A stretch of DNA of 64,000 nucleotides, from NCBI RefSeq assembly GCF_006345805.1, contig NC_043004.1:8804001-8868000 (forward strand). Reading direction: 5' to 3'. Positions 1 to 11,263 of this stretch are shown in pieces. Origin of the DNA: Octopus sinensis. Lineage: Eukaryota. How positions within the stretch are numbered: the stretch's first letter is position 1; each line of letters opens with the position of its first letter. The notes under the pieces are model-generated. The model was not told where the DNA came from. It saw nothing but the letters and a program-made list of their open reading frames with translations, and did no database searches. A program made the position numbers and the translations under genes.

Positions 1-171
1 GTCTTGGCGCAGATCTTATAATTTACAAGAAATCTTGGCCGTAAACCTTTTTGAATATTATCCGTTCCTTACTTGGTTCTATGGCACCGAACTTCCCGCT
101 TTAAAATGTCTGAATTTAGATTATAATCTTTCGACATGAGTCAATGTATGAACTCGGTTTCAGTTGCAATT

Positions 172-502
172 TAAACAACCACATGGATTCGGGTTCAGTC
201 CCACTGTGTGGCACCGTGGGCAAATGTCTTCTACTATAGCCTCGGGCTGACCAAAGCCTTGCGAGCGGGTCGTCTATACACACACACACACATACATACA
301 TACATACATACATACACACACACATATATATTTGACAACCGATGTTGGTGTGTTTATGTCCCTGTAACTTAGTGGTTCAGCCAATGCGACCGATAGAACA
401 GGCTTACAGAGAATAAGTCCTGGGGTCGATTTGTTCGACTAAATGCGGTGCTCCAGCATGGTCGCCGTCAAATGACTGAAACAAGTGAAAGAATAAAAGA
501 AT
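172..502 (+). mobile_element. SINE family A (tRNA-like head, central microsatellite, purine-rich tail), copy with a 5'-eroded head
   Basis: GGGTTCAGTCCC B-box-like motif and gtcttctactatagcctcggg body shared with about 15 other loci in the window (for example 2446, 21232, 29268, 47580, 52900 on +; 717, 25110, 31085, 41883, 51790 on -). Confidence 0.8.
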
Positions 503-1049
503 AGCAGCTTAAGAATTTTTCCCATGAAGAGGCCTGAGCTGGTAGGATCGTTAAGACGTCTTTATATTCTGAGTTCAAACTCTGCTGAGGGAGACTTTGC
601 CTTTCATCCTTTTTGGGGTTGATAAATTAAGTACCAGTTGCGTACCAGGGTCAACATAATTGACAAGCCCCACCTTCCCCAAAATTGCTGGCCTTGTGCC
701 AAAATTTGAAACCAATACTCTCTTTTACTCTTTTACTTGTTTCAGTCATTTGACTACGGCCATGCTGGAGCACTGCTTTTGTCAAGCAAATCGACATCAG
801 GACTTATTCTTTGTAAGCCTAGTACTTATTCTATCGGTCCCTTTTGCCGAACTGCTATTTGTTTCTAAATTTCATTAAGCAATGAAAGATGGCCTCACAC
901 ATTGCATGTCTGGAGAAAACATTTTCTGTCATTTTTCACATTAATCTGTAATGTTATCTCAAGTTTACTTCATGTGTGTGTGAATGTTTGGCTGTGGGAC
1001 TAACCCTGGAGTGAACTCTCGCCCAATTTTCAATAAATATGAGTGTGAT

Positions 1050-1395
1050 CTTTGCCAGAGCAGCCAACTGGCTTCCGTGCCACTGGCACGTAAAAGACAG
1101 CATTCGAGCGTGATCGTTACCAACGTCGCCTTACTGACTCCTGTGCCGGTGGCATGTGTAAAAAGATTCGAGTGAGGTCATTGCCAGTACCGCCTGACCG
1201 GCCCCCGTGCCGGTGGCACGTAAAAAGCACCCACTACACTCCCGGAGTGGTTGGCATTAGGAAGAGCATCCAGCTGTAGAAACTCTGCCAGATCAAGTTT
1301 GGGACCTGGTGCAGCCATCTGGTTCGCCAGCCCTCAGTCAAAATCATCCAACCCATGCTAGCATGGAAAGCGGACGTTAAATGATGATGATGATT
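1050..1395 (+). mobile_element. RTE 3'-UTR-derived repeat (family B) with (GAT)n tail
   Basis: Same sequence as the 3' end of the RTE copy at 6884-8917. Contains gtgccggtggcacgtaaaa modules and the CCATGCTAGCATGG palindrome. About 20 copies in both orientations. Confidence 0.85.
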
Positions 1396-1785
1396 TCTTC
1401 ATGTATTGTGTCTGTGTGAGTGTATGTGGTATTTGTGTATATGTGTAATTTCTCCCTCTTTCTCTCTTCACACACACACACACACACAACACACACACAC
1501 ACACACACACGTCCCTTTTAATGTCTATTTTTTGATGCTTGCATGGGTTAGATGAATATATTATGGCGGCGTAGTTGTACAGCTGGCTGCCTTTCCTGTT
1601 GCTAACCTTTACCTGTGTTTCAAGTAAGAGATATTTTATTCGACGTCTAAAGTGCAAACCAACTGAATGACCCATTGACAAAGGAAGGAACAGTAACATT
1701 ACTGCCTCTAGCGGAATGATTGCCAGAGAAGCAAACTTGAAGATAAACACACACACACATACATGTGCACGTGCACACACACACA

Positions 1786-1827
<42 letters not shown>

Positions 1828-1869
1828 ATACACACACACATATTGTTCTCCTATTACAACTATGTTTAA

Positions 1870-2087
1870 CCCTTTTGTTACCAACCCGGCTGAAACCGGC
1901 CCTGGGTCTGAGTACAAATGTTTTGTTTTCATAAGTTTTGAATTAAAATATTCCACCAAACCTAAGTCACAATTTATGTTCCTAACACTAGCTTAATGAT
2001 AACGAAGTTATTTTACTAAATGCTTTGTTATATTTAAAATAATTAAAAGAAACAGAGCATCTCAAAATAAATACAGTAACGAAAGGG
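1870..2087. mobile_element. piggyBac-type MITE, 218 nt
   Basis: TTAA on both sides (1866-1869, 2088-2091). Terminal inverted repeats CCCTTTTGTTAC / GTAACGAAAGGG. Two further copies in the window. Confidence 0.9.
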
Positions 2088-2317
2088 TTAAACTCCGTCA
2101 GATGACACAAAACATGTCATACATGTATATGTATTGCCAAAGGATTTGTGGATTAGATTTAGTTGCCCTTCCTGTTATTAAGTTTTTCACGTGAATATTA
2201 TTAACTCTTGATGAGTTCTTTGGCTTTTATTAATAAGCCCAGCACTACCAGAGTTTGAAACCTTTTTCTTTCTACCACTACCTCTGTTTCACTTTTCTCT
2301 TTGTTTTCTTTCTTCAG

Positions 2318-2377
2318 GACCAATTGCATCAATGTTTTGGGTGGATGAAGAATTATGCAGTGATATATACTTGGATG
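2318..2377 (+). CDS. ZNG1: ZNG1/CBWD internal coding exon (60 nt, phase 1/1): GPIASMFWVDEELCSDIYLDG
   Basis: Polypyrimidine tract + ttcag acceptor and gtaagt donor. The peptide matches the CBWD/ZNG1 segment [21 protein letters not shown] as recalled from the human protein. Confidence 0.95.
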
Positions 2378-2410
2378 GTAAGTAAATTCTGTGTTTATAT
2401 GTGTGTGTGC

Positions 2411-2445
<35 letters not shown>

Positions 2446-2447
<2 letters not shown>

Positions 2448-2792
2448 TACCAACCACATGGTTCCGGGTTCAGTCCCACTGCGCGGCACCTTGGGCAAGT
2501 GTCTTCTACTATAGCCTCGGGCCGACTAAAGCCTTGTGAGTGGATTTGGTAGACAGAAACTGAAAGAAGCATATATATATGTATGTGTGTGTATATATTT
2601 GTGTGTCGGTGTTTGTCCCCACAACATTGCTTGACAACTGATGTTGGTGTGTTTACGTCCCCGTCACTTGGCAAAAGAGACTGATGGAATAAGTACTTGG
2701 CTTAGAAAGAATAAGTTCTGGGGTTGATTTGCTCGACTAAATGCGGTGCTCCAGCATGGCCACAGTCAAATAATTGAAACAAGTAAAAGAGT
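2446..2792 (+). mobile_element. SINE family A copy
   Basis: Near full-length match to the other family A copies. Confidence 0.8.
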
Positions 2793-4174
2793 ATATATTG
2801 GGTGGGGGGTCGGGTGTCTTATCTGTTTGGTAGGTGTTGTCTTTGGGAATTTCATTACAAATTCTGTCTTTTAAGGCTGACACATTTAAAAGACAACAAA
2901 AAGATGCAAATTAATTACTTATTGGAAGATAGGCATTTTTGTTTCAATGTGTCAGGTGGACTTAGCCAGGTAACTTACAAGTCTCAGGAACTGAGGCAAT
3001 ATTTACCTTTTTTACATTTCTTGGTACAAAGTGTCGAGGCTGGTTGGTCAGTAATGGGTTGTCACTAAATGAATTACATTTACAGAGGTTTACAGGTCTA
3101 TGCAAATGAAAGATAGGACTATCCAACTGGCCCTTAATTTGCTCCACAGACGTGCTGTGTGTCCCACCCACACTTAACAAGAAAACTTTTACCCCACCCC
3201 AACAAACCAATCTATATCTCTTCCTCACATTTCCTCCTTCATTCACTATGCCTACCTCTCACTCCCCAATCCTGTTCTCACGGCCCTCTACCTCTGTATC
3301 ATTGCTATACGATAGCTCCCTGACTCCATATATACCCAGGTTTTCACCATATATACCCAGGTTTAATTGCACTTCCTTCGCAATATCCTGCCAGAGTATG
3401 CCCTGGCACTTGCCACCGTCTGTATATCTCTCTGCCTTTACACGACCATCCTCTTTATATTCTGATCCTCATCCCTTGTGAGTATGCCTGGCATTTTGCT
3501 ACCATCTCTAGCCTGCTGTCTCCCACTCTCCCTCTCCCCTTCTCCTGCACTTCCTTCAGATTGGTTAACCTTGGATTTCCTTTGCAGTAGCACACCTGTT
3601 TCTGTCTTCATTCCTGATCCCTCTCTCTGGCCAGGTAACGTTGTACTTTCTCTACAGCAAGACACCTGTCTCTGTCTCTCTGTCTCACTATAACCTTTCA
3701 TCATCCAACACAACATCACCTCCTCCAATGCCCCCTCCCCTCTTGAAAGCTTTTTTTTTGTCTTGCAAGTACTTGGTGACCCTGTCAGTGCAGGTGCCAC
3801 TTAAAAGCATCCAGTCCACACTGTAAAATAGTTGGTGTTCAGAAGGGCATCCAGCTGTAAAAACCTTGCCAAAACTGACCTTACCTCTGCTTATGCCATG
3901 CAAAAAGCACTCAGTCCACTGTGCTGAGTGGTTGGCATTAGGAAGGGCATCCAGCTGTAAAAACCCTCCCAAAACAGACACAAAGTCTGGTTCAGGCTCC
4001 TGCCTGGCTGGCTCCTGCCAAACCATCCCACTCATGCTAGTATGGAAGGAAGATGTTAAATGATGATTTGCTCCACAAAAACACTATGGTAAATGGCAAA
4101 AAATTTTCCTGCTCTGAGACCTTTTAGAATTCAGATTCTTCTGTCAAATGTTTTGCTTATTTATTTCCATTGTT

Positions 4175-4323
4175 TTGAATTGATCATGCATTATCTTGTG
4201 GCTTCAAGATTTCAATGATGTGATTGTTTTTAGAATAGCATTGTAGGATAGGTGTGAGAGGTAGGATCTCACAAGTTTGAATATTTTGGCCTGATATGGC
4301 TGGCTTAAATGCTAAAAGGTTAA
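4175..4323. mobile_element. End of a second probable TTAA-type MITE family (similar copy at about 39373-39544)
   Basis: Both copies end in ...TTAAATGCTAAA(A/G)(G/A)GTTAA and share about 150 nt upstream. The other terminus was not found. Confidence 0.5.
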
Positions 4324-4612
4324 CAGCAACTTCTCCATGTCCGTGTGTTGTATAAATTGGTAAAAACCAGCACAGTGACTTCAATCAACAGATTCTGTAG
4401 TGAAAATTCTTGCGAGGAGGATGTCAGTTCTTCTCCTTTTCTTGACATTTCACCCACCTCTTCTTTCAAACTCTCTTTGCATACACTCAAAACTAGTGAT
4501 TCACATTGTAGCTTCTAGAAATAATGACTTATATCTTGAAATATTTTGTCTTATCTTAATTTTTGATGATTTGTTTTGTAGCTTATTTTTATTGTTTTTC
4601 TACTTTTTACAG

Positions 4613-4650
4613 GTATAATCACTATGATTGATGCCAAACATTGCTTACAG
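4613..4650 (+). CDS. ZNG1: ZNG1/CBWD coding exon (38 nt, phase 1/0): G-IITMIDAKHCLQ
   Basis: ttttacag acceptor and gtaaga donor. In frame with the previous exon (G+GT=Gly). Matches CBWD GIITIVDSKYGLK. Confidence 0.93.
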
Positions 4651-4655
4651 GTAAG

Positions 4656-6121
4656 ATTATTATTATTATTATTCTTTTAACTCAGGTTTTGTAGGATTTC
4701 CTAGAACCTTGCCTGAGTAGAGGACCTGCTACCTGCAGCCTATGGTCCCATGCAATTTGTTCTCTTCAACTCTCTAATACTTTCCTGATCATTCTGTCCA
4801 TGCCAGTGAGGCAAACCTTTTGTAACAGTTCTACTGGGCACTCTCTTCCAATTTCCTTTATATTCCTCTTGATGCCTTCTGATACTGTACCCAATGACCC
4901 GACAATAATTGGCACTATCTTCACTTTTACCATTTTCCACCTTGTATTTAAGAGGAGTGTATTATGCCTGTTTTTTCACCTTCCTTTTTAACTATTCGTC
5001 AGTCAAAGTTGCATGCAACATCAATTATAGAGCGCTTGCGTTTCACCTTGTCCACCATCTCTCGGTCTGGCTTGTGGGAAATCCCATGAGATTTAACAAA
5101 TCTCTGACTCAATCCCTTTCTGGGCTTTGTGTTCATACCATGCATAGCCTCTCCCTAACTTTTCTCAGTTTCCAATGCAGCACCTTTGCTATCTCATCAT
5201 GCTGCCACAACTTATATTGGTTTTGGGAAAGTCGAGGGCACTTATTCACAATATGGACAATCATCATCATCATCACCATCGTTTAACATCTGCTTTCCAT
5301 GCTAGCATGGGTTGGATGATTTGACTGAGGTCTGGTGAACCAGACTCCAATCTGATCTGGCAGAGTTTCTACAGCTGGATGCCCTTCCTAACGCCAACCA
5401 CTCCGAGAGTGTAGTGGGTGCTTTTACGTGCCACCGGCACAAGGGCCAGTTTGGTGGTACTGGCAACGGCCAGGCTCAAATGGTGCTTTTTATGTGCCAC
5501 CTGCACAGGAGCCAGTCCAGCAGCACTGGACAATGATTTTGTCAAACATATTACAGATTCAGCACAATGAAAACATTCATTTCTAACCCTAACCATCGCA
5601 ATTATGACCAATCTGTGGCCTTGTGCTGCAAGGACGGAGCTCTCGGCCTCCTTTTAAAATGCTCCTTTCTCTAACCAGTTCCACCCATGTTCTCCAGCAA
5701 CTGCAGCTGTGGCCACATGAAATCGTTTAGTCGTGCTTCTTCATGTCCTTCTTGTATGTCATCTTTCATTCTTTTCTGATTTCAATCTGACCTCATCTGT
5801 AACTGCCACTTGCAAGGTTTCCTCACTTTGAGTTAAATCTCTCAAAAAGTTCCCATATTCAATATGCATGCAGCCTTCTACACTTATCAGTCCCCTTTCT
5901 TCATTTGCTCTCTTCATGTGTAGACGATCAATATCTTCACATGGATCATGGGTTTCGTGCATAGTTTGAAGCTTTCTTGTCTTCCTGTCCAAGTTCTTTA
6001 TTTCATCCTCCACTTCAGAATTCCACCTCCATATTGAACCACTGCAACCACATGTAAGTTAATTGCCGAAATTATGTTCCTGGCATTGAGCTTTGAATCC
6101 ACCATCCTTTCTTTGTTGTTT
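4656..6121 (-). mobile_element. Degraded R4/Dong-type (RLE) non-LTR retrotransposon 3' portion, interrupted by a family B repeat at 5263-5545
   Basis: Minus-strand peptides LDRKTRKLQTMHETHDPCEDIDRLHMKRANEERGLISVE, HIVNKCPRLSQNQYKLWQHDEIAKVLHW (zinc-knuckle region) and KIVPIIVGSLGTV. (TAA)n at both ends. Confidence 0.8.
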
Positions 6122-6145
6122 CTTTATTATTATTATTATTATTAT

Positions 6146-6640
6146 TGGCTGTGGCAAAAGAGCTTGTTTGGTGGACAAGGCTGAAAGGCATGAGGACAGA
6201 TACGTTCCTCTTTAGTAGAGTTCTCATTGACTTCTTCAAGTTTCACTTGAGAAGGAAATTGTGAATGGAAAGTGAAGTGCTGTCCTCGAGTGAGTTTAAT
6301 GAAAAGTGGGTGAAAGTTGCAAAAATGGCAAGAGTGGATGGTACCTTTCTAAGTGTAGACCTGTGAGTCGGACAGAAAGAATTGGAGAGGGCACTTGCTC
6401 TTGGGGGTTCAAGAAAATCTCGGACAGTGTGGTTCCTCGATTATCCCTGGAGGCCTTCCTGTATCAGGAGGGACACATGTCAACCATCCTCCCTGCCACT
6501 TTTTAAAAAACCTTTGTATGCTATGAATATGTCCCTTCTTTTATCATTTTATTATATGTAAACCCCAAAACCTTATGTCTGTCTTTGTATTGCCCCCCAC
6601 CTCATCCTTTGTCCTTGTGGCAAATAAATGAAATCATCAT
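6146..6640 (+). mobile_element. 3' end of a Tx1/L1-type LINE
   Basis: Peptide LAVAKELVWWTRLKG...FFKFHLRRKL*...FNEKWVKVAKMARV resembles the Tx1 ORF2 C-terminus. Followed by a UTR, AATAAA and a simple-repeat tail. Confidence 0.65.
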
Positions 6641-6883
6641 TATTATTATTTTGGCATCCATAAAATAAGAACCAGTTGATCCGTAGGGTTTGATATAATC
6701 AGCCCTTTTCCCATAGGTGCAAGCATGGCTGTGTGGTTAAGAAGATTTCTTTCTAACCAAGTGGTCTTCAGTTCAGTCCCACTGTGCATGACACCTTGGG
6801 CAAGTGTCTTCTACTATGGCCCTTGGCTGACTAAAGCTTTGTGGGTGAATATCGTTAGAGAATAACTAAAAGAAGCCCATTGT

Positions 6884-8916
6884 ATCATCATCATCATCAT
6901 CATCATTGTTTAACGTCCAGTTTCTATGCTGGCATGGGTTGGATGGTTTGACAGAGGACTGGCAAGCCAGGAGGCTGCACCGGGCTCCAATCTGAACTGG
7001 CAAGGTTTCTACAGCTGGATGCCCTTCCTAATGCCAACCACTCTGAGAATGTAATGGGTGCTTTTTACGTGCTACTGGCATAGGAACCACTCAGGTGGCA
7101 GTGGCATTAGCCATGTATGGATAGTGCTTTTTACGTGCTACTGGCACAGAAGCCAGTCCGGAGGGACTGGCATCGACCACTCTTGGATGGTGCTTTTTAC
7201 ATGCCATGGGCACAGGTGCCAGTCATGCGGTACTAGCATCGGCCATGACAATGATTTCACTTGACTCAATAGGTCTTCTCAAGCACAGTATATTGCCCAA
7301 TGCTTGAAGGATACTCTTAAATGGGCTGGTTATGTGACACTGGCATCAGCCACGGTTATGGCCTCACTTGACATCCTGGGTCTTCTCAAGCATAACATAT
7401 CTCCAAAGGTTTCAGTCACATGTCATTGCCTTAGTGAGGCCCAATGTTCGAAGGTTGTGCATCAACACCTCATCCCAGGTCTTCCTCTTCCACAGGTTCC
7501 CTCTACTGCTAGGGTGTGACACTTTTTCACACAGCTGTCCTCATCCATTCACAACACATGATCATACCAGTGCAGTCATCTCTCTTGCACACCACATCTG
7601 ATGCTTCTTATGTCCAACTTTTCTCTCAGGGCGCTTAAACTCTGTTATATATGCTCACTGATATTACACACCCACTGGAGCATACCAGCTTCATTCTTTG
7701 CAAGCATACACATGTCCTCAGCAGTCACAGCCCATGTTTCACTACTGTGTAGCATGGCTGTTCACACACATGCATCATAGTCTACCTTTCACTCTGAGTG
7801 AGAGGCCTTTGTAACCAGCAGAGGTAGCAGCTCTCTGAACTTTGCCCAGGCTTTTCTTATTCTAGCAGCTATGCTCTCAGAACATCCACCCCCACTACAT
7901 ACCTGGTCCCCTAGGTAATGGAAGCTATCAACTACTTGTAGTTTTACCTCCTGGCATGTGATGGAAGCTGTTTTCTGCACATTTTCAGTGTTTATTGCCC
8001 CAGTGCATCTGCCACACACAGAAACTATCTTCCTAGTTAACCTTCCTTTTATATTACTGCACCTCTTATGTGTCCATAGCTCATACTGGTTACATCTTAT
8101 GGAGTTTCTATTTAAGCCTTTTCTACAGATCAATCAGGACCAACTACCTGAAGGGATTTAAGATTTGTCTGCCTTCCTACTTACTAAGACTTTGGTTTTT
8201 GCTAGGTTGACTCTAAAGCCCTTCGATTCTAATCCTTTCTTCCACACCTGAAACTTCTCTAGTTCTGATAGTGACTCAGCAATTAGAGCAAGGTGATCAG
8301 GGCATCATGTCTTGAATTCCTCTGTTATTGCCTGGAGGACTATGATAAGGAGGGGGCTGAGGACTGATCCTTGGTGAATCCCCTTCTTCTACTTGGAATT
8401 CTTCACTATACTTGTTGCCAACCCTCACCTTACTGACAGCATCCCTGTACATGGCTTGTACAGCTCTCACTAACCACACATCTATCCCTAGTTTCCTCAT
8501 TGACCACCAGATAAGAGATCGGGGGAACCTATCAAAGGCTTTCTTCATGTCAACGAAAGCCAGGTACAGATGTTTATCTTTGGCTAGGTATTTCTCCTGC
8601 AGCAGTCTTACCAGAAATATAACATCAGTGGCATAAACCCAAACTGCATTTTGTCTTCTCCCCCTAATTAATTGGGCTATGACCCTCTCTCTGACCTTCA
8701 TTACCTGATCCAACCTCTGTAATTATTTGTATCTAATGCATCATCTTTACCTTTGTAACAGTTGACTATGGTGCTTCTACACCAGTCATTGGGTATGACT
8801 CCTGCATGTATCACCTGATTGACTATACAGGTGACTAGATTATAGCTGACACTGCCAGATATTTTAAGCATGACTGCAGTGATTCCTGATGGGCCGAGGG
8901 CATTCCCTGTCTTCCC

Positions 8917-8917
<1 letters not shown>
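6884..8917 (-). mobile_element. 5'-truncated RTE-clade LINE (RT, C-terminal cysteine-rich region, 3' UTR, (GAT)n tail), frameshifted
   Basis: ORF-track peptides FLVRLLQEKYLAKDKHLYLAFVDMKKAFDR, CNQYELWTHKRCSNIKG and DSFHYLGDQV. Tail at 6884-6905. Confidence 0.93.
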
Positions 8918-8955
<38 letters not shown>

Positions 8956-9158
8956 TAACTTATAAAATAAGGACATTAGATATTAGATAAATATATATAT
9001 ACATTAGATAAAATAAGGGCATTAGATATCTAATATCTAATGCCCTTATTTTATAAGTTATATTTATATATATATATATATGGGAAGACAGGGAATGCCC
9101 TCGGCCCATCAGGAATCACTGCAGTCATGCTTAAATATCTGGCAGTGTCAGCTATAAT
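8839..9158. repeat. Fold-back inverted duplication (arms 8839-8989 and 9027-9158)
   Basis: The right arm is the reverse complement of the left. Two substitutions, one 1-nt indel and a (TA)n length difference seen by eye. Confidence 0.93.
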
Positions 9159-9558
9159 TTAGAGAGACTTAGTAATTTTAATATTTCTATTATTGAAAAC
9201 AAGTGGATGTCTTCCACTGAAACTAGGTAAATAGATTCTTCGAACAGGGACAGTCAGTAGCGACACCTGCTGGGTCTGACTACGCTGCATTGATAAAGGG
9301 CAAATACCCTGAAACATGTCTGCTGCTGTCTGACTGGCAGGATGAAGTGGCTGACCTCCCCTGTTCGAAGGTTTATAATGGACGCAGGTTGTGTGTCAAA
9401 TAGCTAGCTTGAGGCGGTGGCCTCTTGGAGCTAATCAGCGACAGCTTTAGTCTTATATTTATAAGACTGCCATATATGTATGGCGATAACTATTAATTTC
9501 CAGTAACGCTGCCGTAATCTCCTTTAGAGAGACTTAGTAATTTTAATATTTCTATTAT
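9158..9558 (+). mobile_element. 365-nt unit bounded by identical 36-nt direct repeats (9158-9193, 9523-9558) and containing a degenerate hammerhead motif; Penelope pLTR- or retrozyme-like
   Basis: Direct repeats read directly. Hammerhead-like motif at 9287-9323 and a 12-bp inverted repeat at 9238-9249/9359-9370. Confidence 0.6.
9287..9323 (+). ncRNA. Degenerate minimal type-I hammerhead ribozyme motif
   Basis: GCA-TTGATAA-AGGG-CAAATA-CCCT-GAAA-C-AT-GTC-TGC. Helices I and II pair, helix III is palindromic (ACATGT) and the triplet is GUC. The core has two transitions relative to CTGATGA. Confidence 0.6.
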
Positions 9559-9680
9559 ATATATATATATAAATCCATAATCACATGCTGATGTGATATT
9601 TTTAATTAATAAATGCCAAAACTAATTGATTAATAAATTTATTCTATTTCCTCAGTTTTAGAGTTTGTTTTTCTTTCCAG

Positions 9681-9727
9681 CATCTAAACGAAGTGAAGAA
9701 AGATAACCTGGTTAACGAATGTGCAAG
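9681..9727 (+). CDS. ZNG1: ZNG1/CBWD coding exon (47 nt, phase 0/2): HLNEVKKDNLVNECAR
   Basis: ttctttccag acceptor and gtaagg donor. Matches CBWD HLTEEKPDGLINEATR and the phase fits both neighbours. Confidence 0.93.
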
Positions 9728-10263
9728 GTAAGGAAGTCAGCCAAGGACATTCAGTCGAGGGTAAAGTGTGGAGAGTGATTTAGAAGAAAAAGAATTCGTC
9801 TGGTTTTCCATGCTGGCATGGATCGGACGGTTTGACAGGAGCTCCAACCAACACCCGTATAGAAAAAATAAGGTCAAATGATGGGGATTCTAAACCAATC
9901 TCCACTTTCTGCTTTGGCATAGTTTCTGTGGCTGGATCCGCTTTCTTATGTCAGTCATTTCACAGAATGAGCTCAGTGCCTTTTATGTGGCACCAGCACT
10001 GGTGAGGTTACCAAGTAACTTGTAAGAAAAAGAGACCCCCCTCCTTCAGCTGAAGTGATGTGGGGATGGGGGTAGGGTAGTATTGAAGTAGGTGGCTTTT
10101 TGCCAGATGATGAAAGGTTAAAGTATGGTAGACAAACAGGAGCAGATGTCTTTCTTGAGAAGAGATATATGGTTACCCAGTTGGAAAAGAGAGAAGTTGA
10201 TAGTAAAAAGGTGTCAGAACTGACCCTCAAAGTACAGGCAGGCGAATATAATTGATGCAGAGG

Positions 10264-10264
<1 letters not shown>

Positions 10265-10296
<32 letters not shown>

Positions 10297-10837
10297 TAGT
10301 TTTATTTTTATAGCGTGCTTTCACTTCACTACCGAGTGCAGCTCTGTGTGCCTTGGGTATGAGCTGTGATCTGTTGTGATGCTCTGATGGTTACTGTATT
10401 GAAAGTGTTCTGCGTAGGATGTGTGAAGTGCCTAGTAGTGCAATTTTCTGTATGTTATATGTGTTTGTAAGTCCTGGTGTTTTTGTTATGTACTTGTCTG
10501 AATATTTTTTTATCATGCCTAATGCGTCTACTATGATAGGAATTGTTTCTGTTTTTAGATTCCACATTCGAGTTACCTCTATTTCCAGGTCTTTGTATTT
10601 TGATAGTTTCTTCATTTCTTTTAGAGAAACGTTGTCATCTGCTGGTATTGATACATCAATTAGAAAGCATTTTTTTTCTTCATGATCTCTGACAACTATA
10701 TCTGGTCTGTTGGCCTTAATTTCTCTATCTGTGTGTATTGGCATATCCCAGAGTATGGTTGCTTTCTCGTTTTCTGTGACCTTTTATGGCATGTCCCCTC
10801 TCCCAAAATGTCAGGCCTTGTGCCTATAGCAGAAAGG

Positions 10838-10838
<1 letters not shown>
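10265..10838 (-). mobile_element. R4/Dong-type LINE 3' end with restriction-like endonuclease domain
   Basis: ORF 10391-10744: IKANRPDIVV...FLIDVSIP...KLSKYKDL (PD..D..K motif). (TAA)n tail at 10265-10293. Confidence 0.9.
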
Positions 10839-10868
<30 letters not shown>

Positions 10869-10874
10869 TTATTG

Positions 10875-11165
10875 CCTTTCCACAGCTTCTAACGCTGGAG
10901 ATGTACTACAGTGTCAGCGGTTCACTAACTGTCAACTAAGCTAACACCTCTTATTTTTCGGGCATCTTCCAGAATATTCGAGTGGTTCCAAGCAGTGCTG
11001 TTTTCTGCAAGTACTCCACCCTTATTGCAGCCCCTATTCGTGCCACGTACCTCTCAAGATTTTTGCTCATTGTTCCCAGGGCTCCTACAATTATTGGTAC
11101 TACTGCTACCTTTTTCATCGACCTTAACTGCTTTAACTTCCCAAGCTAACCTGTCACATCTCTCA
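10875..11165 (-). mobile_element. Second, different R4/Dong-type LINE 3' end
   Basis: Minus-strand peptide MKKVAVVPIIVGALGTMSKNLERYVARIGAAIRVEYLQKTALLGTTRI. Flanked by (TAA)n on both sides. Confidence 0.8.
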
Positions 11166-11211
11166 ACTATTATTATTATTATTATCATTATTATTATTAT
11201 TATTATTATCA

Positions 11212-11261
<50 letters not shown>
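11166..11261. repeat. (ATT/ATC)n microsatellite
   Basis: Read directly. Confidence 0.95.
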
Positions 11262-11263
<2 letters not shown>

